From Nageia nagi (taxonomy: Eukaryota; Plantae; Pinophyta): a stretch of DNA of 64,000 bases. The stretch is from the NCBI GenBank assembly GCA_050084985.1, contig JBITNC010000001.1, positions 112,034,001 through 112,098,000 of the forward strand, given 5' to 3'. Each line of letters opens with the position of its first letter. Position 1 is the first letter of the stretch. Below the pieces are notes generated by a model. That model ran no database searches, was not told the origin of the DNA, and was given only the letters and a program-made list of their open reading frames with translations. Both the position numbers and the translations under genes were made by a program. Shown in pieces: positions 41,601 to 52,960 of this stretch.

Positions 41601-42743
41601 AGAGGAAGATCTTGAACCAAAAAGATATGATTTGTTATCTAAAGGGTTGTTAGAATTAGAAGAAATTTTCATCAATCAAATCAATTGTATTTTACCTATT
41701 AAAAAAGATCCATTTCAGATCATAATTCCCTTGGCTAAAGAAATCACAATCTTACGTTTAGCTCTCCAAAGATCAATATCTTCTAAAGTAATTTTTACTT
41801 GGTAAGATATAATTCATGAATAACTTGATCATAGAAGCAAGGAAAGAAGTTTTCCATTTAAAATTTAGATAAGAAATCAAATTTTCATAAGAGATTTTTA
41901 TTTGTTTCAAATTAAAATACAAGTTGTCTTGTTATAACTCAAAGATAGCAAAAAACACTCAACAAATCCTTATAGTAGAAAGAATTGGATTTAAAGAATA
42001 TAAATTTGATAGTGATTAAGAGGAAGATAGTATTAAATTTAATAAATTTGGATCAAATATTATTCTTCCAATTGAAAAATATCTATTCATAACCAATTCT
42101 TATCTCAACAAGAGTTTAAGTCTTCCAAATTTAAACAAAATTGAAGTTTCTTTTCTAAACTGGCAAGTCCTCTAAGAAGAGAAACCTAAAGTTCAAGATC
42201 ATCAAAAATAGGTGCTTGGAATATAAACCCTAGATAATTATAAATATAATTATGAATGATCCAAAGAGAATGGGAAAATATAGATCCAAATATTGCACTT
42301 TTTAGAATAGGAAGCCCTACTCCATTAAGGAGTATATCACCTAAAGAATTTGAAACTAATATTATAGGTTTTGAACTATTTATAGAAACACTCAAAATGG
42401 ATGAAGAAGGCCGAATACTTCCACAAACATGGAAAAATAGCTTAACCATTGAATTTACAAGGGGAAAGACATAAATACCATAAAGAAACTATAGATCTTT
42501 CATATTTTTGAGGAGATCTATTTGGTAGAATGATATAAGAACACCTTAAAAATTTCAATACTTATTGTGAAGTAAATGGGGTTGAACAATAAGATGTCAT
42601 GGTATCCATGTTTGTTAAAAATATTATAGATTCAACATTAAATTGGTATAATTCTCTTCCCAATGGATCAATTTCTAGATAGGATGATCATTTAGATGAA
42701 TTTCAATCGAGATTCAAAAGTTAGGTACTCAGGATAGAATTAA
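25681..42743. repeat. Tandem triplication of a ~5.7-kb unit (5' part of L1 plus Tat 5' region/gag start)
   Basis: Copies at 25681-31316, 31360-37019 and 37063-42743 (periods 5679 and 5703). Near-identical ORFs recur at 25958/31637/37340 and 30833/36536/42186. Confidence 0.96.
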
Positions 42744-44200
42744 TCAATGACCTTTGATGTAAAGAAAAGAGATAAAAAATATGCTTTGTATCTCAAAGAT
42801 CATTTCAATACAATTTTTTAGAGAATCCCTAGAAACTTATAATCTATTTATCTAGTATTAGTGTCCTAGATCCTAAGTTAGAATACATGATAACAATTTG
42901 TCAACCTAACACATTTCATAATGCAATAAATGAGGCAATCAAACAAGAGGAATGTATGATTCCGACAAGGAAGAGTAAGAGAAATAGACGTTTTGAATCT
43001 AAAAAGGGGAACATTGAATGATCCAACAAAGATGATAAAAATGAAGCTCCTCAATAGAAGCCAACATTATGCATATTGGTGAATATTCATCACTAGACTA
43101 ACATTAGGTTTTTTAATATTAAAATATTTCAATAATTTAGACCTTTTATATTACACCATTTAGCCCAAATTATTTAGGAAAAAAAAAATCATTGGTCGGA
43201 TCACCAATATTTTACAATTTTTTTATAAAGATAAGTGTAAATAACCACCTATACCTCCTATACTTTTGAAAGCAATCACCTTGAAAAAAAATAAAAAATA
43301 TTTTTTCCTAATGAAATCATCAATAATACCCTATATATAAAGCATATGACATCAATCAAATATACCAACATTCCAAATTCTCTAAGATGCTTGAGCCTTG
43401 TTTGCAAGGGATTGTAGATGCTTAACAGTGCTTTATTAAAGATGGCCACCTATGCAATATTGGAAATACTCGACAATTTGTCATTGAAGATGCTTTTTAG
43501 TGTAGAATTGAAGATGCTCACCTGTGTGTCCTTGAAGATGCTCATTAATGTAGAAATGAAGATGCTCATTTGTATGGGATTGAAGACACTCATCTATGAC
43601 ACATTGGCGATGCTTGTCTATGCAAAATTAGAGATGCTTATCTATGTAAAATTGTAGTCACTCATCCGTAAATAATTATAGGTGCTCATCTTGACATTTA
43701 TGGTAGCAATCATCTGCATAAGGACACAGCTAATCATTTGTGTTTTTGTACTAATGATCATCTATACTTTTTTATAGATGATCATTTGTGCTTTTGTACA
43801 AATGATCATCCATGTTTTTTTATAGATGATCATTTATGCTTTTTTATAGATGATAATCTTCACTTTAATGTATATGATCATCATCATAAATACACAAATG
43901 ATCATTTGTATAAAAGTGCTAGTGATCATCATCATAAATACACAAATGATTATTTGTATAAAAGTGCTAGTGATCATCATCACAAATACATAGATGATCA
44001 TATTTAATTTTTTACAAATGATCATCTTTGCTTCTATGTAGATGATCATCTTGACATTTACTCTAGTGATCATCAAAAAATTGAAAAATAATATATATCA
44101 CAAAAAATTATAATTGTAAAAAAATAATTTTGCCACCTACCCTATGCGATTTTTGGACACCTTTCACCATGACTTTGAATTATGTTAATCAACATTTGAA
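42250..44200 (+). pseudogene. gag: Tat gag (capsid, Cys/His knuckle, 24-nt repeat domain, second knuckle)
   Basis: 42537-42720 reads EHLKNFNTYCEVNGVEQ*DVMVSMFVKNIIDSTLNWYNSLPNGSISR*DDHLDEFQSRF (Retrotrans_gag). Knuckle-like KPTLCILVNIHH (43058) and PPTLCDF(C)DTFHHDFELC (44133, one frameshift). Confidence 0.8.
43413..44075 (+). repeat. 24-nt minisatellite, ~28 units, inside gag
   Basis: The core AGATG(C/A)TCAT recurs at exact 24-nt spacing (43514, 43754, 43778, 43802 ... 44066) with no change of register. Confidence 0.93.
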
Positions 44201-44879
44201 AATGTTAATTTCACCATAATTCCTTACACATAACACTAATGGAAACAAATTGAGAACGAATTATTGAGGAAATTAGCCAATATGACTTTTCAATAGATGC
44301 AACATACATAGCAAGATTTTAAGTCTCTATAAAATTTTTGGATAAGAAAGAGGTGATTACAAGGATAAGAATAAGATAGTACATGTCCCTTTGGATAGAA
44401 CATAATCTTCAACTCTAAATTCTTATTGTAATGTATATAAGTATGAAAGTGATACTAACAATTGTATTACTATGAATATATTGCAAGAAATGATTGAAAA
44501 GAGTGAAGTATTATTAGGAAATAGTGATTTGGTCAAATAAGAAGAATCTAATTCACTCCAAAAATAAAATAATGAAGATACACTAGAAAATTTCTTACAA
44601 GATAACAATGAACCTTGTAAATGTTATAACATGACAATTAGATCCCAAAAAAAAATTTAGACTCAATAGGAAGATAAAGCTTAAATGAAATCCAAAGAAA
44701 TACAAACTGAATAGAGAAAGAAAGACCTTTCTAGTTCAAAATACAATGTTGTAGAAGATTAATCTAAGAAGAAAGCTTATATCTCAATCTTAAAAATCTT
44801 ACAAAATAATCCTCAATCCATGAAGGAACTCTTGGAGGTAATTAGAAAAAGACTAGGCTACCCCATCTTATAGTTCTCT

Positions 44880-47800
44880 TTGGGTAAATACTAAAAAATT
44901 ATAAAATTGTATCTTAGTTTTGAGAGCTATAGATAATATTATGCCTTTGAAAGTAGCTCAATTTTAAAAATCAAATTATACCAAATGTAAAGATACTTGC
45001 TTCCATATGGACTCATTCAATGTGAAGAAAGTTGGTAGAGTAAAAGATATCATTATTAACTTATCTACACTCCCATATAGAAATATTCTCATGGATATTT
45101 TAGTAATTGATATGCCCATTTCTTATGGGATGTTACTAGAGAGGATGTTTAGAGCCTCTATGGATGGTATAATTTTATTAGATTGGTTTTTCACATTCAA
45201 AGATATGTTGAAAATCCTTAAACTAGAATATAAATAAAGGTGGATAGTTGTCCCTAAAGAAAACAATATTAAAGGGAACATTCAAAAGAGTCTCACATAT
45301 GAAGTAAATTTACAAGAAAATAAATCTATAGCTTTCTTCCAAGATGTGGAAATTGGTTCATATCAGGCTATCAAAGAAGAGCTTAAAAGAGAAATAAATA
45401 TCATAATTTTGAATGATGTGTGGAAGATGTATTTTGATGAAAGTAAATGAAGATAAGGAAATAGAGTAGGTATTATTGTCATTACACATAATGGAGAAAT
45501 GAAAGTTTATTCAATGAGACTGACCATTCACTATACCAATAACACTAGTGAATACAAACTATTTTATCAAAGATTAAATATAGTAAACAAAGAGTTATAC
45601 TTTTAAATTTTGATTTATTTTAGGGATACAAAATTAATTATTAAACAAATTAAAAATTAATTTATACTAAAAACCCCAACCTACAATCTTATAGGCATCT
45701 TGTTTGGGATATGATTGAAGCATTCAATTCTTTCAACATAAATATTATTCCTAGAGACTACAATTATCAAGCAAACTCTTTAGTTTTACCAACTTTTATG
45801 ATAATATAATACCCCTCTCTTGGATTATGCTATTATAAGATCGAGTTACTTTTCAGGCCATCCATGCTAGATAACATCAAAAATTGGAAAGTTTTTTATT
45901 CTTATAGATAACTTTTGCATTTTTCACAATACACAAAAGAATATCCAATGGGCCTCATTGAATCAAATAAAGTTTTATAGCTAGATTGAAATAGAATACC
46001 TTTTGGTATGATCAACTTAGAGAATCTCTATGATTACAATGATCACTTTAATCATCAAAATTTGATCAAAGAGATATACAAGATAAAAGAAAATTTTAAT
46101 TTAAATTCAAATAGAAGACCTCAAGAAGTTTTGATCAGATCTAGCTGGACTCTACATGAATGAAAGGAACTAATTAAAGAATTCAAAAAACTTAAGAGCA
46201 CTTTTTCTTGGAACTATTACAACCTTAAATGATTTAGTAAAGATATATTTGAGCTTATTATCTTGTTAAAAGATAATTCTAAACCATTTAGGAAAAAACC
46301 TTGATGATTTAACCTAGAAATTGAAGGGATGATAAAAAAGGAAGTTGAAAAGATATTGGTTTCAAATATCATTTATCTAATCATACATTTTTCTTGGGTA
46401 GCCAACATTTTTTTACTTTGAAAGAAAAATGGAGATATCAAAATATATAACAACTTTTACAATCTCAACTTAGCATTCATTAAACATAATTATTTGTTTC
46501 CCATGATGGATCATCTTTGGTATACTATCAATAGATCAAAAATATTTTCATTATTATATGATTATTATGGTCATAATAAAATTTGGATTATAGTGGAACA
46601 TCATTTTAAAATAAAATTCACTACTCCTTAGGGTATATTTGCTTACAAGAGGATGTCATTTGGATTAACCAATGTAGGGGTTACTTTTTAAAGAGTTATG
46701 GATTTCACTTTAAGATACTTGATCAATAAAATTTTTGTTATATACTTGGATGATATGATAACATTTTTAGAACAAAAAGAAGACCAGTTGAAACATGTTT
46801 AAGTGTTGGAGATATGCAAAGAATTTGGGATATCATTAAACTTGAAAAACATATTTTTAGGATATTTGAATGGAAAATTTTAGGACACATTTTTTTAAAA
46901 GATGGTACTTTTATAAATCTAGAATGGGTAATTGCTATAAAGAAAATTCCTTTACAAATAAGTAGAAAATCTCTACGATCATTCTTTGGAAAGGTAAGTT
47001 TTTTAAGAAGATTCATCCTAGACTCTATAGAAATTATGTTTCCTCTAAGTAATATGTTAAAATAAAATGTAGAATTTAAATGGTATAATGAAGGTAAGTT
47101 GCATTCATAAATATCAAAGAATCTCTTGCAAGTGTGCCTACTATAATGTATCTTGATTTCAGCAAGCCTTCAAAAATGTACACTTATGCATTAGATAACA
47201 CAATTTGTTCAATATTAACATAAGTGAATGATAAAAATGAAGAACATTGAATTAACTTCATGATTCATGCTATGAAAAGATCAAAAGAGAAATACACCTT
47301 CCTCAAAAACTAAGCATTCACTATAGTTAAGGTAGTGAAGAATTTTAATGTCTATATGTATATACAATAGGTTACCATGCCAATGCTAGATCCAATCATA
47401 AAATCCATCTTGACACAAATAGAATTGAGAGTCCTCAAAGGTTATTTGACAACAAAAGTTCAAGAACATAATTTTGTTTTCAATCTGATCAGGTCAATTA
47501 GAAGAAGAGGATTATGTGAACTCATTGCAAATATTTCTCCCTTAGAAGATGATCAACTAGCCCAAGCATTGATTATTGCAACTAAAGAGGGAAATTAGTT
47601 TGATGATATTTCAAAATGTTCAAATATGGGGCATAAACCAAGATATCTATAATTCAATGTAAAATGGCCTCTTAAAGTAAAATTAGGAAGTATTATTTGC
47701 ATGATAATATTCTTTTTCAAAAATTAATTGATGGTATATTAATAAGGTGTATTGAAAATGACCAAATTTCTAAAGTCCTTAAATAATTTCATGATGGAGT

Positions 47801-48600
47801 TTCTAGTGGATATTTTTCTCCCACTATAACTACATATAAAATAATCATGGTTCAATACTATTGGGACACTATGTTTTGATACTATAACTAATATGTCCAT
47901 AGTTGTTTAAAGTGTAAGAAATTTACTTCGAGAAAGAAGTATAGAAATGCCCCTTTGAAAACAATTATAGCTGATCCCCCATTTTCTAAATGGGGAATTA
48001 TTTTTATAGGCCTAATTAAACCTCTATCTAGTAAAGATCATATGCTTATTATCATATCTAATAACTATTTCACTAATTGGGTAAAAGATATACCTACTTT
48101 TTGAGCAACTTCTACATTTGTCATTGAGTTCCTTAAAAAAAATGTTTATTCTAGATTTGGTATTCCCATTAGTATCAACATTGAAAATGTAGATATTTTG
48201 ATTTCATTGAAATGCCCAATCATTATTTACAATATAATATCAAAATTCAAGTAGTATTATATTATTAATGTCAGGAAAATGATCTCATTGAATCAATGGA
48301 AAAGAATATGAGATAAATCATCACCAAAATTCTCCATATCAATATGACAAATTGGCATAATAAATTGAATTTTTCTATTTGAGAAGATCAAATCACACCC
48401 AAAGAATTAACCAAATGTTCCCTATTTTATCTAGTTTATGGTAGGTAAGCTATCCTTTTAGTTCAACTAGAAATTTCTAGTTTTAAGTTAATGGAAAACA
48501 TTGAATAAGAGGAACGTTTGAACAATAGGCACTTTGAATTGATTGAGATGGCAAGAAATATACAACAAGCCTACGAGATTCTTGAGAAAGTCTTAGATCA
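44880..48600 (+). pseudogene. pol: Degenerate gypsy pol: protease, archaeal-type RNase H, RT, RNase H, integrase
   Basis: PR: VGRVKDIIINL..MDILVIDMPISYGMLLER (45007 ORF). aRH: WKMYFDES...YSMRLTIHYTNNTSEY (45421). RT: SWVANI..KKNGDI, FTTP*GIFAYKRMSFGLTNVG, IYLDDM (~46742), SLRSFFGKVSFLRRFI. INT: FHDGVSSGYF..YYW..CLKCKKF and PFSKWGIIFIG. Many stops and frameshifts. Confidence 0.93.
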
Positions 48601-50877
48601 TACATATACACTTTGTGATGGTGACTCATATGTTTTCCCAATTCCTTATAATATCATTCATATAAAGAAGGTTTTTTCATGAAGCATAAATGAGAAGATA
48701 TTCAAAGATGTTCTCCATAAAAAGTTGGACTAGATTATTAGTCCAAATATTTCTTATACATATTGTGTGTGTAAGGTGTTATTAAAATAAAAAGATTAAA
48801 AAAATGTAAATGATAAAAATCCCATAAAATCTTTTGTATGTTTTCAATAATTATGATTTGATCAAGTTAATCTTTTATATATTTGTCTTTCCTTCCAACT
48901 TTTTACATCAATAATTTTCTCAAAATTTATCTAAAATGAAAAGAAGTTTTCACTGGATGGTTTCTTGGAACTTAATTTATTTTATTTTCAACCATAAAAA
49001 GATCTTAAGATTCTTCTAAGTTGTTAATCTTTAAAGTTCCTAAGACTCATTTTTATAATATTGGACCCTAAAAAGAGATTGATGCTATGAGAAAATTGGA
49101 GAAATATTATGAGTAATACTAAGATAATAATGATTTTGTATTGATCTCCTTCTCTATCTACCTATGAGAATTTGGAATGCCAAAATGGATGATGAAAGTT
49201 TTATTTCTTTCAAAATTTATTTTGCTAACTTGGGTAAGATTGAGAATATAAAAGATACAAAAAGAATGAATGATGATAAATAAGAAAAAAGGAAAAAGAA
49301 AAAGAAAGATGAAAGATATTCTAAGCTCTTAAACAAACACCATCAAAGCTATAGATGATTATTGTAAGTGCAAAAAATTATTTGAAGTTAGAGGTATCCC
49401 TATCAAGGTTATAAATGCCTATTGGTAGTAGAGGTAATGCCCAATATAAATAGGTACCCAGGATGTCTATGGGTAAACCATACATATGATTAGAGAACCA
49501 AGAAATAAACATTGGATTGGTATAAAAAGTTATATTTTGAGTTCAATATTAGCAATGATGATTGCATAGTTTATTATCATGATATTTAAAGATTATTTTT
49601 TAAAATAGTATTCTAAAATAGATTATCTAATTAACTTATACCATCCACTTCTTTTCAAGGATTACATGATAAATTATTTATCAAGAGGATTAGAAAGATT
49701 TCAATGAAGGATATTCTTGAGAATCTTTTTAAGTTGATAGATTATAAGATAATTTTATTAGTTTCCTATATCTCATCAAAAACCTTTATTATTCTAAAGT
49801 TATCCAAGAGAATGATGGGAAACTACTAGAAATGATTTTTCATTTTCAAAAAGCAAAGATTTTACTTTTCTAATAATAATCATCATTTTGTTATTTCTTT
49901 CTTTGAAAATATGTGGCAATGGTAACCAAATATGTTAGGATATTTTTTCTTACCAAGGCAAGACATCCCTAAATAGAGCCAATGTTAGCACCCAATTTTT
50001 GATCAATAATTTTTTCAATTCTTTCTCAAGTTAGGTGTATAGGGAAAAATTATTTTTCCCTTAATAAATAATAAATGAGAAGAAATTAAATAATTCAAAA
50101 TCCAAAAATAGTTATCTATCAATATCACATCTTTTTCATCACAAAAAGAGTTTGGACAATTGGGCAGTATTTTTCACCTTAAAGGAAAGCACATATTCTA
50201 TACATTGACATTGAAATCAATTTATATGAAATCATTGAACACCATCCTCTTATTTTGATCACAATAATCTACCCTTGCTATGAATGAAATTTGATCCTAC
50301 TCAACAATTGAATGATGAGCATCAAAATCCTATTTTTGAAGCCAAGTGTTCATTATAGATATTGAAAAGTGAAATTCTATTCTCATAATGGCCTAGAAGC
50401 TAAAAGGATAATCATTTCAAAAATTGGAATTAAAAATGATGATTTTTTATTATTATATTATTTTCTTTAGTAGCATCAAGTTAGTTTTCAACTTGGAACA
50501 ACTAAATGCTTCACTATGGTCACATCAACTTGGTCATCAACTCAATGTGATTTAAGATTTTCACTCTATTATTTCACTTTATTATAAAATCTCATTATGA
50601 ATAAGGAATTTTTGTTGGTCACTTTGACTTGAGAACCTTACCAAAGCAATAACTTCATGCTCTTATCACTTTAACCCTATGTGTATCTCCTATTGACTAA
50701 GTATTTTACACCCTCCCACCTTTATTATTTGATCTAGAGTGTCATTACATGAGATAATGCCAAGTATCCATTGGTACATGTTAGGCCTATTAATAATTTG
50801 ATACATATATCATTTGTACTATGCATCTATTAGAGTTCCTTTATTGCAATGTATCAAGAGGTTTTTCAAGGAGACTA

Positions 50878-51315
50878 AGTTATGAGAAGTAGTTGTAGTG
50901 AGTTGAGTTGCTAATTGAAGTGACATCCTTGGTCATAGTGAGTTAAGTTACTAGTTGAAGTAACATTGTTGGTCATACTGAGTTGAGTTTCTAATTTAAC
51001 TAAATTAGTACTAGACCATTATCACATTTGATTTTTCATTGTCTACTTCTCACTAATAAAGGAGTCCTAGTTGGGTGTGATTTCTATGTAGCCTAATCGA
51101 AAATTTTCTTTTACATATTGTCTTGACTTATAAATAAAGTGACTAAGTTAAAACTTTGATATAACATGAACATGAACTTGAACTCAAAGAGACTAAGTTA
51201 AATTCCTTTATCACATTGAACTTGATGTTAGCTTTAGAGTGACTAAGTTAAATTTCTTTATCACATTATTTTGGAAACCTAATTAGAGAGACTAAATAAA
51301 AACCTATTATCATAT
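50878..51315. repeat. Two short tandem arrays in the Tat 3' region (~40 bp x3; ~50 bp x4)
   Basis: gtgagttgagttgctaattgaagtgacatccttggtcata x3 (50878-50997) and gactaagttaaattcctttatcacatt... x4 (51139-51315). Confidence 0.8.
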
Positions 51316-51563
51316 TTATATCAACTTTACCTTGATGCAATGAAGGAATTCTTTGTTGTCTTATCATTTTATTCTTCATTTTAGACCAACCAAAGGGTTA
51401 TAGTTGTCGTGCTATTTTAACCTTCATCTCAAAGTGACTTAGACATTTTTACTAGTCATACCCACTTATACTATTAACTTGATGTGATTAAATAAAAATG
51501 AATAATTTTAAAATAATAAATTTTTTATTAAAATTATAATCTTCACCTTATCTTGAAATGATG

Positions 51564-51590
51564 GCTAATTGAATTTTTATCATTTTGTAG
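51564..51590 (+). promoter_or_regulatory. Putative splice acceptor upstream of the 3' extra ORF
   Basis: GCTAAT (branch-like), then a T-rich tract, then TTTTGTAG|G. ATG at 51613. Confidence 0.45.
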
Positions 51591-51612
51591 GATAAGCAAG
51601 ATAAAGAAAGAT

Positions 51613-52960
51613 ATGGATGGCTATTCTTGACCAACCGAAACTAGCTTCATTGAATTAAAGAAAGATGGAAAACCAATATGAGAGCCCATTACTATGATAA
51701 ATATGAAAAAATTAAATATCCTAAATGGAACCATTCCAACCCAATGTTCATGTTCAAATAATCTGAGGGGATCTTAGAAGAATTCAAGGAGAAATTATCT
51801 ATTGAAGCTAAGTTATCAATGATAGAATGATTAACCAACTAATAGAAGTAAAGAAAATAAAGATATTCTTCTATGTAACCTATTTAGTTTTCCTATTTCT
51901 ATAAGGGAAAAATCAACCTTGTGCCCATGCCATCAAAAAGGTTATCTATAACCAGAAGGCTATCTACATGGCCTATTTAACATTCTATAAGGTTGAAGAA
52001 TGGAGCTACATTCATATGAGACTAATTATTGCGCATATTAAATCATCAAATAATTGAAAGTGGCTCAACATATCCCTATAATTTCTATTAAGGTAGTTGA
52101 TTTTTTGAAGAGGTTCACCGATTTTTATCTTGAAGAGTTTAATAATTTCTATATTAGGGTTTTTAGTTTTGATGTGACCCACTCAAATTGCGTCATTACC
52201 TCAATAAAAGAATGGTGTTACTTAATTTTTTGAGATAGATGTTTTATTTTCATGTAAACTTTGCTAAGGAAAAAAAAGAGGAATCCATCAAGATGACTAT
52301 TAGTCTCTCTTGCTATTATTGTAATAATTGGTTGGAAGAAAAATCAATTAAGTGTGAAATTGAAGGTTACAATTTTAAGAGCCATGTATTGAAGACACAT
52401 TATGACCCAATTATCATAATGAATAGGTTCTACTAGAGATTTTATACCAACTACAAACACCACTCTTTTGGATATCTTGAAAGATACAAAAAATATCTTT
52501 TGGAAGATGGAAATCTAAAGAATATCTAAAAAATTGGAAAGAGATGAAAGAAATAAAAAGATATAAGTGGATAAAGATAAAGTGCCAAAGCCTTCCCCAA
52601 CCACCTCAAAATTAACAAATAATTAAGAAAGACTTCATGAATGATCCCAATTTCAATCAGTTTGGCTCAATGCAAGGAGCTAATTTGTTGAAGATAATAA
52701 ATGCACTTGCTCCAAATATTCCTACACCTAGAATTATAGTATCACAAGCTACTAAGCACCCAAATTCCCTTTTTAAAAATGGATAAAGTAACTATGTTGC
52801 TTCTCTTGGTCGAGATTTTGCTTCTAGTAGCACCTCTTCAAAGAGCTCTTGGAACTCTAATAATGATGATCAATCAAAATCGAGTAGTGGTCATAATACA
52901 TCAAGAAGTCATAGTAGAAGTAAAGACGAATTAGATGGTGATGAAGGGAATTTAATGAGA
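51613..52960 (+). pseudogene. Decayed 3' extra ORF of the Tat element (truncated)
   Basis: Homologous to 19545-20790, includes the 52239-52436 ORF, and lies in sense orientation downstream of integrase. Confidence 0.72.

Larger units (their letters stand above)
23524..52960 (+). mobile_element. Ty3/gypsy Tat-lineage element internal region (5' extension, gag, PR, aRH, RT, RH, INT, tandem repeats, 3' extra ORF), 3'-truncated
   Basis: Domain motifs are listed in the gag and pol features. Colinear once the L1 insertion and the triplication are removed. Confidence 0.8.

Noticed and set aside
25681-42743. Triplication as a pure assembly artefact
   Set aside because: The copies differ by many substitutions and private indels, and have a defined filler junction. 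Long-read confirmation is still desirable.
43091-43102. CACTAG as a CACTA terminus
   Set aside because: No matching TAGTG-ended TIR with TSD, and it falls within the gag knuckle codons.
43413-44075. CRISPR-like array
   Set aside because: Contiguous 24-nt tandem units with no unique spacers, no cas genes, and a eukaryotic TE context.
43738-44076. His/Asp-rich ORF (43738-44007 +), Met/Ile-rich ORF (43834-44076 -) and ORF 43418-43657 as real proteins
   Set aside because: They are alternative frames of the deaminated 24-nt array. The decay pattern and frame continuity point to the third, now stop-filled, frame.
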